From: a virus
Taxonomy: Duplodnaviria > Heunggongvirae > Uroviricota > Caudoviricetes
Direction: 5' to 3' (one strand)
IMG/VR virus record: IMGVR_UViG_3300029998_000021
DNA: 14,699 bases
Positions 1 through 7,768 of this stretch are shown piece by piece. A program made the translations under genes and the position numbers. Within the stretch, counting starts at the first letter, position 1; each line of letters opens with the position of its first letter. Under the pieces are notes generated by a model that was given only the letters and a program-made list of their open reading frames with translations, was not told the DNA's origin and searched no databases.

Positions 1-697
1 CAATTAAAATACCAATATCTTCAAAATTAAATTCATTTTTCCATGGTATCCAAGGATTATCAAAAATATAAACTGGTATTGAGCCGTATTGTAATGACTC
101 ACAAATTCTAAAAGATGTTGAACCATATCCTCTTGGACATAATGAAAACACATTTCTTTCCATTATTTCTGAAAAACCATCATAACTTAATGAATTACTT
201 ATAAAAAATCCTGACTGACCAAATAATTCTTTAACCATAATATCTCTAACTTCATGCCGACCATTTATAGCACCTACAAAACCTGCAAGGATATCTCTAT
301 TTCTAATTTTAATATTTGGATTAGGTTTACAAATTAAAGGAATTTCAATTCCTAAATTTTTTCTTGGTACATTTTTCTTTCCTCCTCCACCTGCACCATA
401 TACAATAATATCTAAATGATCAATATTCTGCAATATACCATCATCATATTGTAAAATAGTAAAATATTTTTTTGTTTTATCTAAAGAATCTAAAAAATAT
501 TGTAAATCAGACATATCATATTCAGCATTACCTCTACTTAAATAAAAATTTGTCCAAAGTATAGGCAAATAAACTCTATTAGTAACATCATTATTAGTAA
601 TATAATTATAGAAGAATTCTTCAAAAATCATATTATTAAATGGTGGATAAGTATGATTTGTTTTTACTATAAATTTCATTGGTGTATCTTGAATCAT
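1..697 (-). CDS. Exostosin-like (GT47-like) glycosyltransferase, 3' end runs off the window
   Basis: Not in the ORF track. Hand translation from ATG at 697 is open to the window edge (232 codons): MIQDTPMKFIVKTNHTYPPFNN...SVFSLCPRGYGSTSFRICESLQYGSIPVYIFDNPWIPW. This matches the exostosin C-terminal motif (S.FcLcPrG.g..s.R..Eal..GcIPV.i.d...lPf). It starts 9 nt after the GT32 stop. Confidence 0.85.
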   Translation of the reverse strand, partial: MIQDTPMKFIVKTNHTYPPFNNMIFEEFFYNYITNNDVTNRVYLPILWTNFYLSRGNAEYDMSDLQYFLDSLDKTKKYFTILQYDDGILQNIDHLDIIVYGAGGGGKKNVPRKNLGIEIPLICKPNPNIKIRNRDILAGFVGAINGRHEVRDIMVKELFGQSGFFISNSLSYDGFSEIMERNVFSLCPRGYGSTSFRICESLQYGSIPVYIFDNPWIPWKNEFNFEDIGILI

Positions 698-706
698 ATT
701 AATAAA

Positions 707-1468
707 TTATTTTTGCCAATTTGTATGCCATAAATGAAGACAATAAGAGTTTTCATTCAAAAAACTATAAATAAATTTCTTAGATTCTTCACCATCATCT
801 ACATTGTGTCTATAAACAGCAGGAAAAGGAAATAGAAATTTTGTAGGAAATATAACAACATTATCATTTTTATTTATAACATCAAAAAATACTTTTGTTA
901 CAAAATATGGTCCAGTATTATTCATAACACCATTGATATCATCTACAAATGTTGTTTTCTTTTGTAATTCTGACACCAAATTAGAAACATATTTATGATT
1001 AGGTATTGATGCCATAATACTGTTAAATACTTCTGGCTCTTGTACATGTCCATTACCAGCAAAAAAATCTAAATGACATAAATCATCAAATGGTTTAATA
1101 AAATCAAAATCAGCATCAACATATAGTCCTCCAATTCTTTCTAATATTTCATATCTTAAAATATCACTTTTTGCACCCAAATTTTTTATATTATTGAACA
1201 ATTTAATATTTTTTAATCCAAAATCATCTACATCGTTATCAGTCCATAATTTATATTCCCAATTTGGATTAATTTTAATCAATTTTTCTCTATATAAATC
1301 ATACCTTTTAGGTACATCACTGCCTAGCCATATTTGATGTATAATTTTAGGAATTTTGTCAATTTTTTCCTTTTTTTCTAAAAAATTCTTATTATACAAT
1401 TCTTCTAATAATAACCATCGTTTATCACTATTTATAGAATTTACCATGTTAATTAAATAATCACTCAT
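707..1468 (-). CDS. GT32 family (OCH1/Gly_transf_sug-like) glycosyltransferase
   Basis: IPKIIHQIW motif, SDILRYEIL...GGLYVDAD (DxD) motif and a C-terminal HLWHTNW, all typical of GT32. Confidence 0.9.
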   Translation of the reverse strand: MSDYLINMVNSINSDKRWLLLEELYNKNFLEKKEKIDKIPKIIHQIWLGSDVPKRYDLYREKLIKINPNWEYKLWTDNDVDDFGLKNIKLFNNIKNLGAKSDILRYEILERIGGLYVDADFDFIKPFDDLCHLDFFAGNGHVQEPEVFNSIMASIPNHKYVSNLVSELQKKTTFVDDINGVMNNTGPYFVTKVFFDVINKNDNVVIFPTKFLFPFPAVYRHNVDDGEESKKFIYSFLNENSYCLHLWHTNWQK

Positions 1469-1469
1469 A

Positions 1470-2261
1470 TCAATTTAAATAATTTTTATAGATATAATCT
1501 TCAAGTACTTCCATTTCTAATACCTTTTCAAAATTTTCCTTAACAAATTCCATCTTAGAATAGTATAAATCTGGGGTCAAATCATCAAAAATTAAATCTT
1601 TCAATTTTATTATACCATTTGAATTAAAATAATTTGAAATATTATCTGTACCATAATATATTGGAATCGTACCACTAGCAAAACAATCTAAAATTTTCTC
1701 TGTAAAATAATCATCATATTTAGCATTTTCAATTGCAACAGAAAACATATAATCTTTTAATCCTTCATCTTTAAGTTTTATTTCATTAAAACCTCGACCA
1801 AAAATATCAAATTTATCTTTATTTTCAGAAATAAATTTCAATCTAAGTTTCTGACCATCTGTCATTCCTTTATTTGAAGATACCATTGATAATAACTTAG
1901 TTTTTTGATAAATTTGAGGTTGCTCAATCCAAAACCCCATTGCTGGCACAAATTTAATTTTATCTGGATTAATCTTAATCAGATCCTGATCCATTGTGAA
2001 TAATAAATCATAATAATCTAATATTCTATCTAAATTTCTGAACAAAAAACTATTATCAAATATTGCCTTTGATTCTAAATTCCAAGCAAATTTTTTCCCA
2101 TGTAATTTAGGATAAGATAAACCACTTATTATTGAATCATCTACAAAAAAAGTAGTTTTTTCATAAAAACTATCTTTACTATATTCTATAAATTTAGATT
2201 TTTTCCACCAAGTTGAAGAATGTGCATGTCGGAATGGTCCACCAATTAAATTAACTTTCAT
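1470..2261 (-). CDS. GT10 family alpha-1,3/4-fucosyltransferase-like protein
   Basis: YMFSVAIENAKYDDYFTEKILDCFASGTIPIYYG matches the alpha-1,3-fucosyltransferase motif (Y.F.la.ENs...dYvTEK......g.vPiy.G). The ATG overlaps the upstream stop (ATGA at 2258-2261). Confidence 0.8.
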   Translation of the reverse strand: MKVNLIGGPFRHAHSSTWWKKSKFIEYSKDSFYEKTTFFVDDSIISGLSYPKLHGKKFAWNLESKAIFDNSFLFRNLDRILDYYDLLFTMDQDLIKINPDKIKFVPAMGFWIEQPQIYQKTKLLSMVSSNKGMTDGQKLRLKFISENKDKFDIFGRGFNEIKLKDEGLKDYMFSVAIENAKYDDYFTEKILDCFASGTIPIYYGTDNISNYFNSNGIIKLKDLIFDDLTPDLYYSKMEFVKENFEKVLEMEVLEDYIYKNYLN

Positions 2262-2890
2262 ATTTTAGTATTTTTTAATAATACATTATTTTCAACAAAT
2301 TTAACAAATTTAAAATCAGGCAACATTTTTAATATCTGCTCTAAATTTGGCTGCCCTTCATATAATTCTGAATTATCAAATTCTGTATATAAATATTTAG
2401 TTTTTTTCAAAGTTTCAATTGCACCTTCTATCATTTCTTTTTCTGCACCTTGAACATCAACCCAAATAAAATCTATACCTTCTAATTTTTCTTCATTAAA
2501 CCAATCATCTAACTTTTTAGTTTCAACTTTAATTGTATTATTAAAAATACACCATCTATGCTGTAATAAATGTAATTTTGGTGTTTTAATTGATGATGAT
2601 TTATCCCAATCACCATACCACGGCATTCCAGGATTACTACCACCACTTAAATGAAAATCAATCTCTCCATTACTGTTTGATATTGCTATTTCATATAATT
2701 TATAATTTGAATATTTTTTCATGCGATTTTTAAACCTTTGTATTGCCCTTGGATCAGGTTCAAAACAATATAATTGTATATTCTTAAATGTGTTTACAAA
2801 ATCCTCAGAATCTTCACCATCATTTGTACCAATTTCAAGAATTATTGGATTATCTTTTTTTAATAATTGTAGTATTTCTCTCTTATTCAT
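2258..2890 (-). CDS. FkbM family SAM-dependent O-methyltransferase (NoeI-like)
   Basis: Motif I ILEIGTNDG, then CFEPDPR, TKKLDDW and IDFIWVDVQGAE, all FkbM hallmarks. The WDKSSSIKTPKLHL segment resembles rhizobial NoeI as I recall it. Confidence 0.9.
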   Translation of the reverse strand: MNKREILQLLKKDNPIILEIGTNDGEDSEDFVNTFKNIQLYCFEPDPRAIQRFKNRMKKYSNYKLYEIAISNSNGEIDFHLSGGSNPGMPWYGDWDKSSSIKTPKLHLLQHRWCIFNNTIKVETKKLDDWFNEEKLEGIDFIWVDVQGAEKEMIEGAIETLKKTKYLYTEFDNSELYEGQPNLEQILKMLPDFKFVKFVENNVLLKNTKI

Positions 2891-2897
2891 AATTTTA

Positions 2898-3695
2898 TTA
2901 ATTTATTAATTTTATTTCAATTTCTTGATGACAAGATATATTTTTTAATCCTTTGAAATCCTCAAAATCAATAATATAACCTTCTAAAAATTTATCATTC
3001 AAAAATTCGGCAGAAACATTTCCATGAACATTATTATTCCAATTTTGAACTTTATTTATTGGATTATTTACAATCACTGATTCTTCAAAACAAATCATTT
3101 TTGGCCTCTTTAATGGATAACTAGCCAATATACTTTCATAAGAATTTGGATTATTAAAAGTTAATACCTTTGTTATAGCAGTTATTTCTTTAGTTCTAAA
3201 AAAATGTCCATCTAAACTCATTGGATAACTATAATCACCTTGTGCGCCATACCACTTAAATAATAAATTAGAATCAAAATTAGGTGGTGTCATTCTAATT
3301 CTTGCTGCATAACAATAAGTTAAATATGGATGTAACCTAAGTGATAAAGTCAAAATATCATCATTTAATGTAAATAACTTAAATTGTTTAGAATCTAATG
3401 TAAAATAATTTTTAAAAACTATATCATCAACAAAAAATATAGTGTATGGATTATTCTGATCTAATAAAAGAACAACATGACGTTTGAAATCTTGTATTTC
3501 CCTTATATAATTAATATTTGAATCATTATGAATACTGAAAAGTTTATCATAACCATCTTTATACTTATCATTTGAATAAGTATATAATACATTAATTTTA
3601 TAATCATAAAATTCTTTAAAATAAAATTTCATTGATCTCAAAAAAAGTTCTAGTTGTGAGGCACGATCTTTACTGAAAACTATAATATTCAACAT
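2898..3695 (-). CDS. Putative GT-A fold glycosyltransferase
   Basis: N-terminal beta strand IIVFSKDR.SQL..FL.S and an FFVDD DxD-like motif, in an operon of glycosyltransferases. The family cannot be assigned. Confidence 0.6.
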   Translation of the reverse strand: MLNIIVFSKDRASQLELFLRSMKFYFKEFYDYKINVLYTYSNDKYKDGYDKLFSIHNDSNINYIREIQDFKRHVVLLLDQNNPYTIFFVDDIVFKNYFTLDSKQFKLFTLNDDILTLSLRLHPYLTYCYAARIRMTPPNFDSNLLFKWYGAQGDYSYPMSLDGHFFRTKEITAITKVLTFNNPNSYESILASYPLKRPKMICFEESVIVNNPINKVQNWNNNVHGNVSAEFLNDKFLEGYIIDFEDFKGLKNISCHQEIEIKLIN

Positions 3696-3725
3696 AAATT
3701 ATTATAGGTTGTGGAAATAAAAAGG

Positions 3726-3742
3726 TTTAGAATTATTCTAAA
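3726..3742 (-). terminator. Weak AT-rich hairpin, possible terminator or attenuator between the nuclease-Mom gene and the glycan operon
   Basis: TTTAGAAT-T-ATTCTAAA dyad, followed on the minus strand by CCTTTTTATTT. The stem is almost all A/T. Confidence 0.3.
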
Positions 3743-3745
3743 TAA

Positions 3746-5725
3746 TTATCTATTTTTTGGATATACATATGTCTTATTAATTTGTTCGAATTTTTTTCTC
3801 AAAAATTTAGTTTCTCCATTATCTTTACCTAAAATATAAATGTATTTATGTTTAGATTTTGCTTTTCTAACATAGCATTTACCTAAAGACTCAATAGAAT
3901 AAGTTTTCATCATTTCAACAATATTATTTGGGATTTTATTCCATAAAATTGTAGTTTTTGAATTCCATTCATTATTCCATATTATATTATTTTTTCTTAA
4001 ATATGATTTATAAAAATTCAATTTTCTAAATCCTCTATTATTAGTCCATCCTTTATCTGGATTATCTGGATTAAAATATAACTTATCTGAGCCAAATTTA
4101 TTACCAATATAATAAAAATTACAAGCTTGATAAATTGTACCAAGTTCTTTAGCTTCAGGATCTGCATATGCTTCAAATAATCTAAATTCTGTATTATCAG
4201 CCATCCACCTTATAGACCACATTAATAATGCACTTGCTAAATTTTTAGGTGTCCATGACGCACAAGCACCTCTACTTATAAGTTTTTCTATGCCAGATGT
4301 ATCATTTCCTAATATTGAAGAAAATGAGTTTGGTGTTGACATCACAATAGATCCAGCTAATATGCCATTATATGTGGCAATAAATCTATGTGTAGGTCTA
4401 TTAGGCATCTTACCTAACCATTCATATTTTTTAATAAAATTAACAATATCTTTTGTCTTATTATCTTCTTTATCAACAAATTCAAAATTAAAATCTTTGA
4501 TAGTTAAATTTTCATAGTTAAAATTTAATTTTTTAATATCATCATCTAATGTATTTAATCGTAATTCATATTGCCATGAATGTTCTTTATTGTAGATAAT
4601 AGGATTAATCATCTTATTAAAAATATTATAATTTCTATCTATAATAAAAATAAAATTATAACCATTTTCTTCACACACTAATTTCTTAGCTATATTTTTA
4701 TCATAATGTTTATCATACCAATATGAAGATTTTATTTCTATTATTAAATTTAATTTTTCAAAATAAAAATCAGGATAATATATACATTCTTTATCTTTGA
4801 AATTATATTTTATTGCTTTACCTCTTTTTATTTCAATTTTATCAAAATAATTATTTAAAAAATCTAATTCATATTCTCCTTGATAATATAATTCAGATTC
4901 ACGAAATTTAAAGATATGTAGACCATTTTTAATCATTTTTTTATATACATCTGCATTTTGTGCTGGATAATATACACCATATTTTTCAAAAATAATATTA
5001 GATAATTTTTGTTTTACTAACTCATTTTGCATTGGATTTTCAAATCCAAATTTTTCTAAACAAGTTTCTTTATATTTTTCTCTATTATTATAAAACTCAT
5101 CATTATATCTTTCTTTTTTTGTATCAGATATTTTATCTTTAACTATTTTAGAGCCTAAAGGTGACTTAGATAAATATCTTAGCAAACATGTATTTTCAAC
5201 TTTTAATTTAATTTCATCATTCTTCAAAGGTGAGTCTACACCATATAAATTATTTAATGTTATTTTTGATTTTTCTTTAAAATCATTAGTTGACATATAT
5301 TCATCAGAACCATATTTTTCATTAATTGTTTTTTTTGATTTTTCCCTAACTTCCTTATTTTGGATAGAATATTCTACTCCATATCTTTCTAAATTTGTTT
5401 CCTTTGATTTTTCTTTAAACTTATCTAATTTTAATGGATGATCTACACCATATCTTTCTAAATTAGTTTCTTTTGTTCTACTACCAGAACAATGTTTACA
5501 ATGATAAATACTATTTTGAATATTTCTTAAATACGAAAAATATGAAATATTATACTCTTTTTGACATAAATCACAAATAACATCTATTTTATGCTTTGAT
5601 GTTTTTGGCAAATCAGAAACATCAATAGTTATAATACTACCTGATTTTACATTATAACCTAAATTAATATAATGACCTATATTTTTGTTAGTTGTTTTAA
5701 CTTCTATTCTGTCTATTTTAATCAT
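3746..5725 (-). CDS. Fusion of a homing-endonuclease-like module (Zn ribbon, 23-aa repeats, PD-(D/E)xK nuclease) with a Mu Mom-like GNAT DNA adenine-modification domain
   Basis: CDLC...CKHC Zn ribbon; eight ~23-aa K.T..E+YG repeats; YYPDFY...IIEIKS nuclease motif. From ~aa 372: ISRGAC..WTPKNLAS.LL.WSIRW...EAYADPEAKELGTIYQACNFYYIG and terminal HKYIYIL...YPK, paralleling Mu Mom (..QSFADERCG..GVVYQASNFDFIG...YRYI.FL...YPK). Confidence 0.8.
   Translation of the reverse strand: MIKIDRIEVKTTNKNIGHYINLGYNVKSGSIITIDVSDLPKTSKHKIDVICDLCQKEYNISYFSYLRNIQNSIYHCKHCSGSRTKETNLERYGVDHPLKLDKFKEKSKETNLERYGVEYSIQNKEVREKSKKTINEKYGSDEYMSTNDFKEKSKITLNNLYGVDSPLKNDEIKLKVENTCLLRYLSKSPLGSKIVKDKISDTKKERYNDEFYNNREKYKETCLEKFGFENPMQNELVKQKLSNIIFEKYGVYYPAQNADVYKKMIKNGLHIFKFRESELYYQGEYELDFLNNYFDKIEIKRGKAIKYNFKDKECIYYPDFYFEKLNLIIEIKSSYWYDKHYDKNIAKKLVCEENGYNFIFIIDRNYNIFNKMINPIIYNKEHSWQYELRLNTLDDDIKKLNFNYENLTIKDFNFEFVDKEDNKTKDIVNFIKKYEWLGKMPNRPTHRFIATYNGILAGSIVMSTPNSFSSILGNDTSGIEKLISRGACASWTPKNLASALLMWSIRWMADNTEFRLFEAYADPEAKELGTIYQACNFYYIGNKFGSDKLYFNPDNPDKGWTNNRGFRKLNFYKSYLRKNNIIWNNEWNSKTTILWNKIPNNIVEMMKTYSIESLGKCYVRKAKSKHKYIYILGKDNGETKFLRKKFEQINKTYVYPKNR
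4955..5473 (-). repeat. Eight ~23-aa tandem protein repeats (K-x-T-x-x-E-R/K-Y-G) in the endonuclease-like module
   Basis: KETNLERYGVDHPLKLDKFKEKS / KETNLERYGVEYSIQNKEVREKS / KKTINEKYGSDEYMSTNDFKEKS / KITLNNLYGVDSPLKNDEIKLKV / ENTCLLRYLSKSPLGSKIVKDKI / SDTKKERYNDEFYNNREKY / KETCLEKFGFENPMQNELVKQKL / SNIIFEKYGVYYPAQNADVYKKM. Confidence 0.85.
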
Positions 5726-5729
5726 AATC

Positions 5730-5737
5730 TATATATT
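5730..5737 (-). promoter_or_regulatory. Putative late promoter -10 box AATATATA
   Basis: AATATATA 4 nt upstream of the ATG at 5725. The same box precedes four other minus-strand genes and resembles the T4 late box TATAAATA. Confidence 0.55.
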
Positions 5738-5788
5738 ATTTAATAGCACAAAAGTTTATATTATTATCAATTTAATAGCACAAAAGTT
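5738..5788. repeat. Perfect 19-bp direct repeat pair, 32-bp period
   Basis: ATTTAATAGCACAAAAGTT at 5738-5756 and 5770-5788, abutting the putative late promoter of the nuclease-Mom gene. Confidence 0.9.
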
Positions 5789-5812
5789 CAAATTAATATA
5801 TAATAACACACA

Positions 5813-5842
5813 AAAAAAGAGAGGATAAATCCTCTCTTTTTT
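5813..5842 (-). terminator. Intrinsic terminator of the major capsid gene (potentially bidirectional)
   Basis: AAAAAAGAGAGGA-TAAA-TCCTCTCTTTTTT perfect 13-bp stem with T tracts on both strands, about 20 nt after the MCP stop (TAA TAG). Confidence 0.9.
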
Positions 5843-5861
5843 ATTATGTAGTGTGTAACTA

Positions 5862-7682
5862 TTAGATTAAAACACCAGCTGAGTCAGTAACAACAATTGT
5901 CATGAATTGTTTCCAAGGAAAAAATCCGATATCGGCAACCGCGTAACGGCTACGAATCATCATTCTGGGTGCCCAAGTTGCTTCGGAAATAAGTTGAATT
6001 GACTGTGCCATCAAATAAGGTACGAATACCAAACCTGGTTGTTCAACAGAATTCTTTCTTCCTAAGAAGATGCGGTTGTCATCCCATCTTTGATAAGGGT
6101 CAACATAGATGCTGATGTTACCAACATTACCCATTGGGAAAAGTTGACCATTTGCGTTTAAGTTAGCCTTAACAGGGTTAAGAGTATAACCAGCAACATC
6201 TTGAATAACAGATGCTAAGTTACCATTGGTAACAAGATATTGAGCAGGACCTACACGACCTTCAGTTGCGATGAAGTTAGAAGCGTTGTTCAATTTAGCG
6301 ATAAGTTTTCTTTGAATTGAGTGAGTTGTTTCACCACCTGGGGTAGCTGCACCAACTGCTAAATAAGCGTCAACGTTGAAGTCAAATTTAGGATTACCGG
6401 CACTATCTTTTGGAGTAGTCCAAGCAGTTCTATTTTTGTCAGCCATCTCAGTTACTTTTGCGATGATTTGTTTAGAAATAGTTTGGGTAAGTTCGTTAAC
6501 CAATACTGATTCTAATTTTTGAACGATATCCATGCCTGTTGCAGCTTTAATATCTTCAATTTGAGTTCTCTTCAATGAAGAAGTGATTTCGATGTCACCT
6601 ACTTGAATAGTTTTGGTGAAAATGTCAGGACCAATAACGTTTGGATAAGTTCTTTCGTCTTCATCTCTTGTCATAGGTTTGTTCAAATACCAACCTGCAC
6701 TAAATCCAGGAATATGATCTTCAAGTAATGATACTAAATCAATAGTAGCACCTGTTAAAGGAACTTCAGTAACAATAGCGGTAGTAGTTGCAATTTGCAT
6801 TGAAACGTGATCGTTCAATAAATCAACGATTGAATATTGAGCTGTTGGGAAAGTATTTCTATCATCAACAAATCCCCATCCTGCGTTATTAGCGCCTGGG
6901 TTAAATTGACGGAATACTCTAAACATAGGATAACCGTTAATACGTGACCAACCTAAAAATTCCATCATACCTTCTTTTGCAAGAGTTGTATTTTTAGCAT
7001 AATTAGTTAGGGTTGGATCAAATCCTTGAAGAATAGGAGCTGTAATAGCACCTGCTAATGCGTTATAAGCTGCATAGTTACCAGTTGTATTACCCAAGTT
7101 AACTGTTAAAGTTCCACCAGTTAAGTGAACATAAAGAGGATTAGTTAAACCACCTATTTTTTCTCTTACTGGTTGTCCATTAGCATCCAATTTAGCGCCC
7201 ATAGCCAATTTTAAAGCTGCATTAATAGCGGTTTTGCTAGGTAAATTCAATGAGAACATAATTGGTCTTTCATCTTTCAATGTAGAGTCAGCTAAGTTAT
7301 CATATTTAAAGTCAACAAATAGTAAATCAACTTTTGGAGAAGAAGCTGGTTTAACAGCTACTAAATCAAGACCAATAGTTTGAGCAGCAATTTTCATAGA
7401 AACTGGAAGTAAATTCTGTCCAATATCACCTGAACCAATACCACCTGCACCTGCAGTATAATCACCCCATACTAAACCAGGAGTAGTTGAAGGTTGAGCA
7501 GCTGTAACTGGGCCCATACCGTTTAAGTTACCTAATGTGCTATAAGCAACATTTTCGTTCAATGAATGCATTTCTGCATATTCAGACATCCATTTCATTC
7601 TGTAAGGATCACTAACGCCTAAAGATTCCAATACTGGTTTCCATTTTGCGGTTGCTTTCTGTGAATCAATTATTAAATTCAT
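5862..7682 (-). CDS. gp23: Major capsid protein, T4 gp23-like
   Basis: N-terminal KWKPVLE; AQTIGLDLVAVKPASSPKVDLLF (cf. T4 IAFDICGVQPMNSP); C-terminal YVDPY...PGLVFVPY...WAPRMMIRSRYAV (cf. GIYYAPY...FQPVMGFKTRYG). It follows protease/scaffold as in T4. Confidence 0.93.
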   Translation of the reverse strand: MNLIIDSQKATAKWKPVLESLGVSDPYRMKWMSEYAEMHSLNENVAYSTLGNLNGMGPVTAAQPSTTPGLVWGDYTAGAGGIGSGDIGQNLLPVSMKIAAQTIGLDLVAVKPASSPKVDLLFVDFKYDNLADSTLKDERPIMFSLNLPSKTAINAALKLAMGAKLDANGQPVREKIGGLTNPLYVHLTGGTLTVNLGNTTGNYAAYNALAGAITAPILQGFDPTLTNYAKNTTLAKEGMMEFLGWSRINGYPMFRVFRQFNPGANNAGWGFVDDRNTFPTAQYSIVDLLNDHVSMQIATTTAIVTEVPLTGATIDLVSLLEDHIPGFSAGWYLNKPMTRDEDERTYPNVIGPDIFTKTIQVGDIEITSSLKRTQIEDIKAATGMDIVQKLESVLVNELTQTISKQIIAKVTEMADKNRTAWTTPKDSAGNPKFDFNVDAYLAVGAATPGGETTHSIQRKLIAKLNNASNFIATEGRVGPAQYLVTNGNLASVIQDVAGYTLNPVKANLNANGQLFPMGNVGNISIYVDPYQRWDDNRIFLGRKNSVEQPGLVFVPYLMAQSIQLISEATWAPRMMIRSRYAVADIGFFPWKQFMTIVVTDSAGVLI

Positions 7683-7701
7683 TTTATTTTTTTGTTTTTA
7701 T

Positions 7702-7715
7702 AAGACATATGTCTT
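7702..7715. promoter_or_regulatory. 14-bp perfect palindrome in the MCP 5' leader
   Basis: AAGACATATGTCTT lies between the AATATATA box (7731-7738) and the ATG (7682). Confidence 0.45.
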
Positions 7716-7730
7716 TGTTTTTCTTGATAA

Positions 7731-7768
7731 TATATATTCTTTAAAAAATATCGTTTTTTTCTATTTTT
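7731..7768 (-). promoter_or_regulatory. Extended late promoter of the MCP gene (38-bp element, copy 1)
   Basis: Minus strand AAAAATAGAAAAAAACGATATTTTTTAAAGAATATATA, 33/38 identical to 10182-10219 (hand count), ending in the ATATATA box. Confidence 0.7.

Noticed and set aside
1-3695. Eukaryotic or giant-virus origin suggested by GT47/GT10/GT32 families
   Set aside because: These families also occur in bacteria, and the genes are in a prokaryote-style overlapping operon contiguous with T4-like portal, protease and capsid genes.
3701-3706. TATAAT on the minus strand 5 nt before the GT-A gene start
   Set aside because: It matches neither promoter class seen here and is expected by chance in AT-rich DNA. 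The operon's promoter remains unresolved.
5862-7682. D-S-T/D-S-A Bacteroidota O-glycosylation motifs and N-x-T sequons in MCP
   Set aside because: Such short motifs are expected by chance, and the host system acts on exported proteins rather than cytoplasmic capsids.
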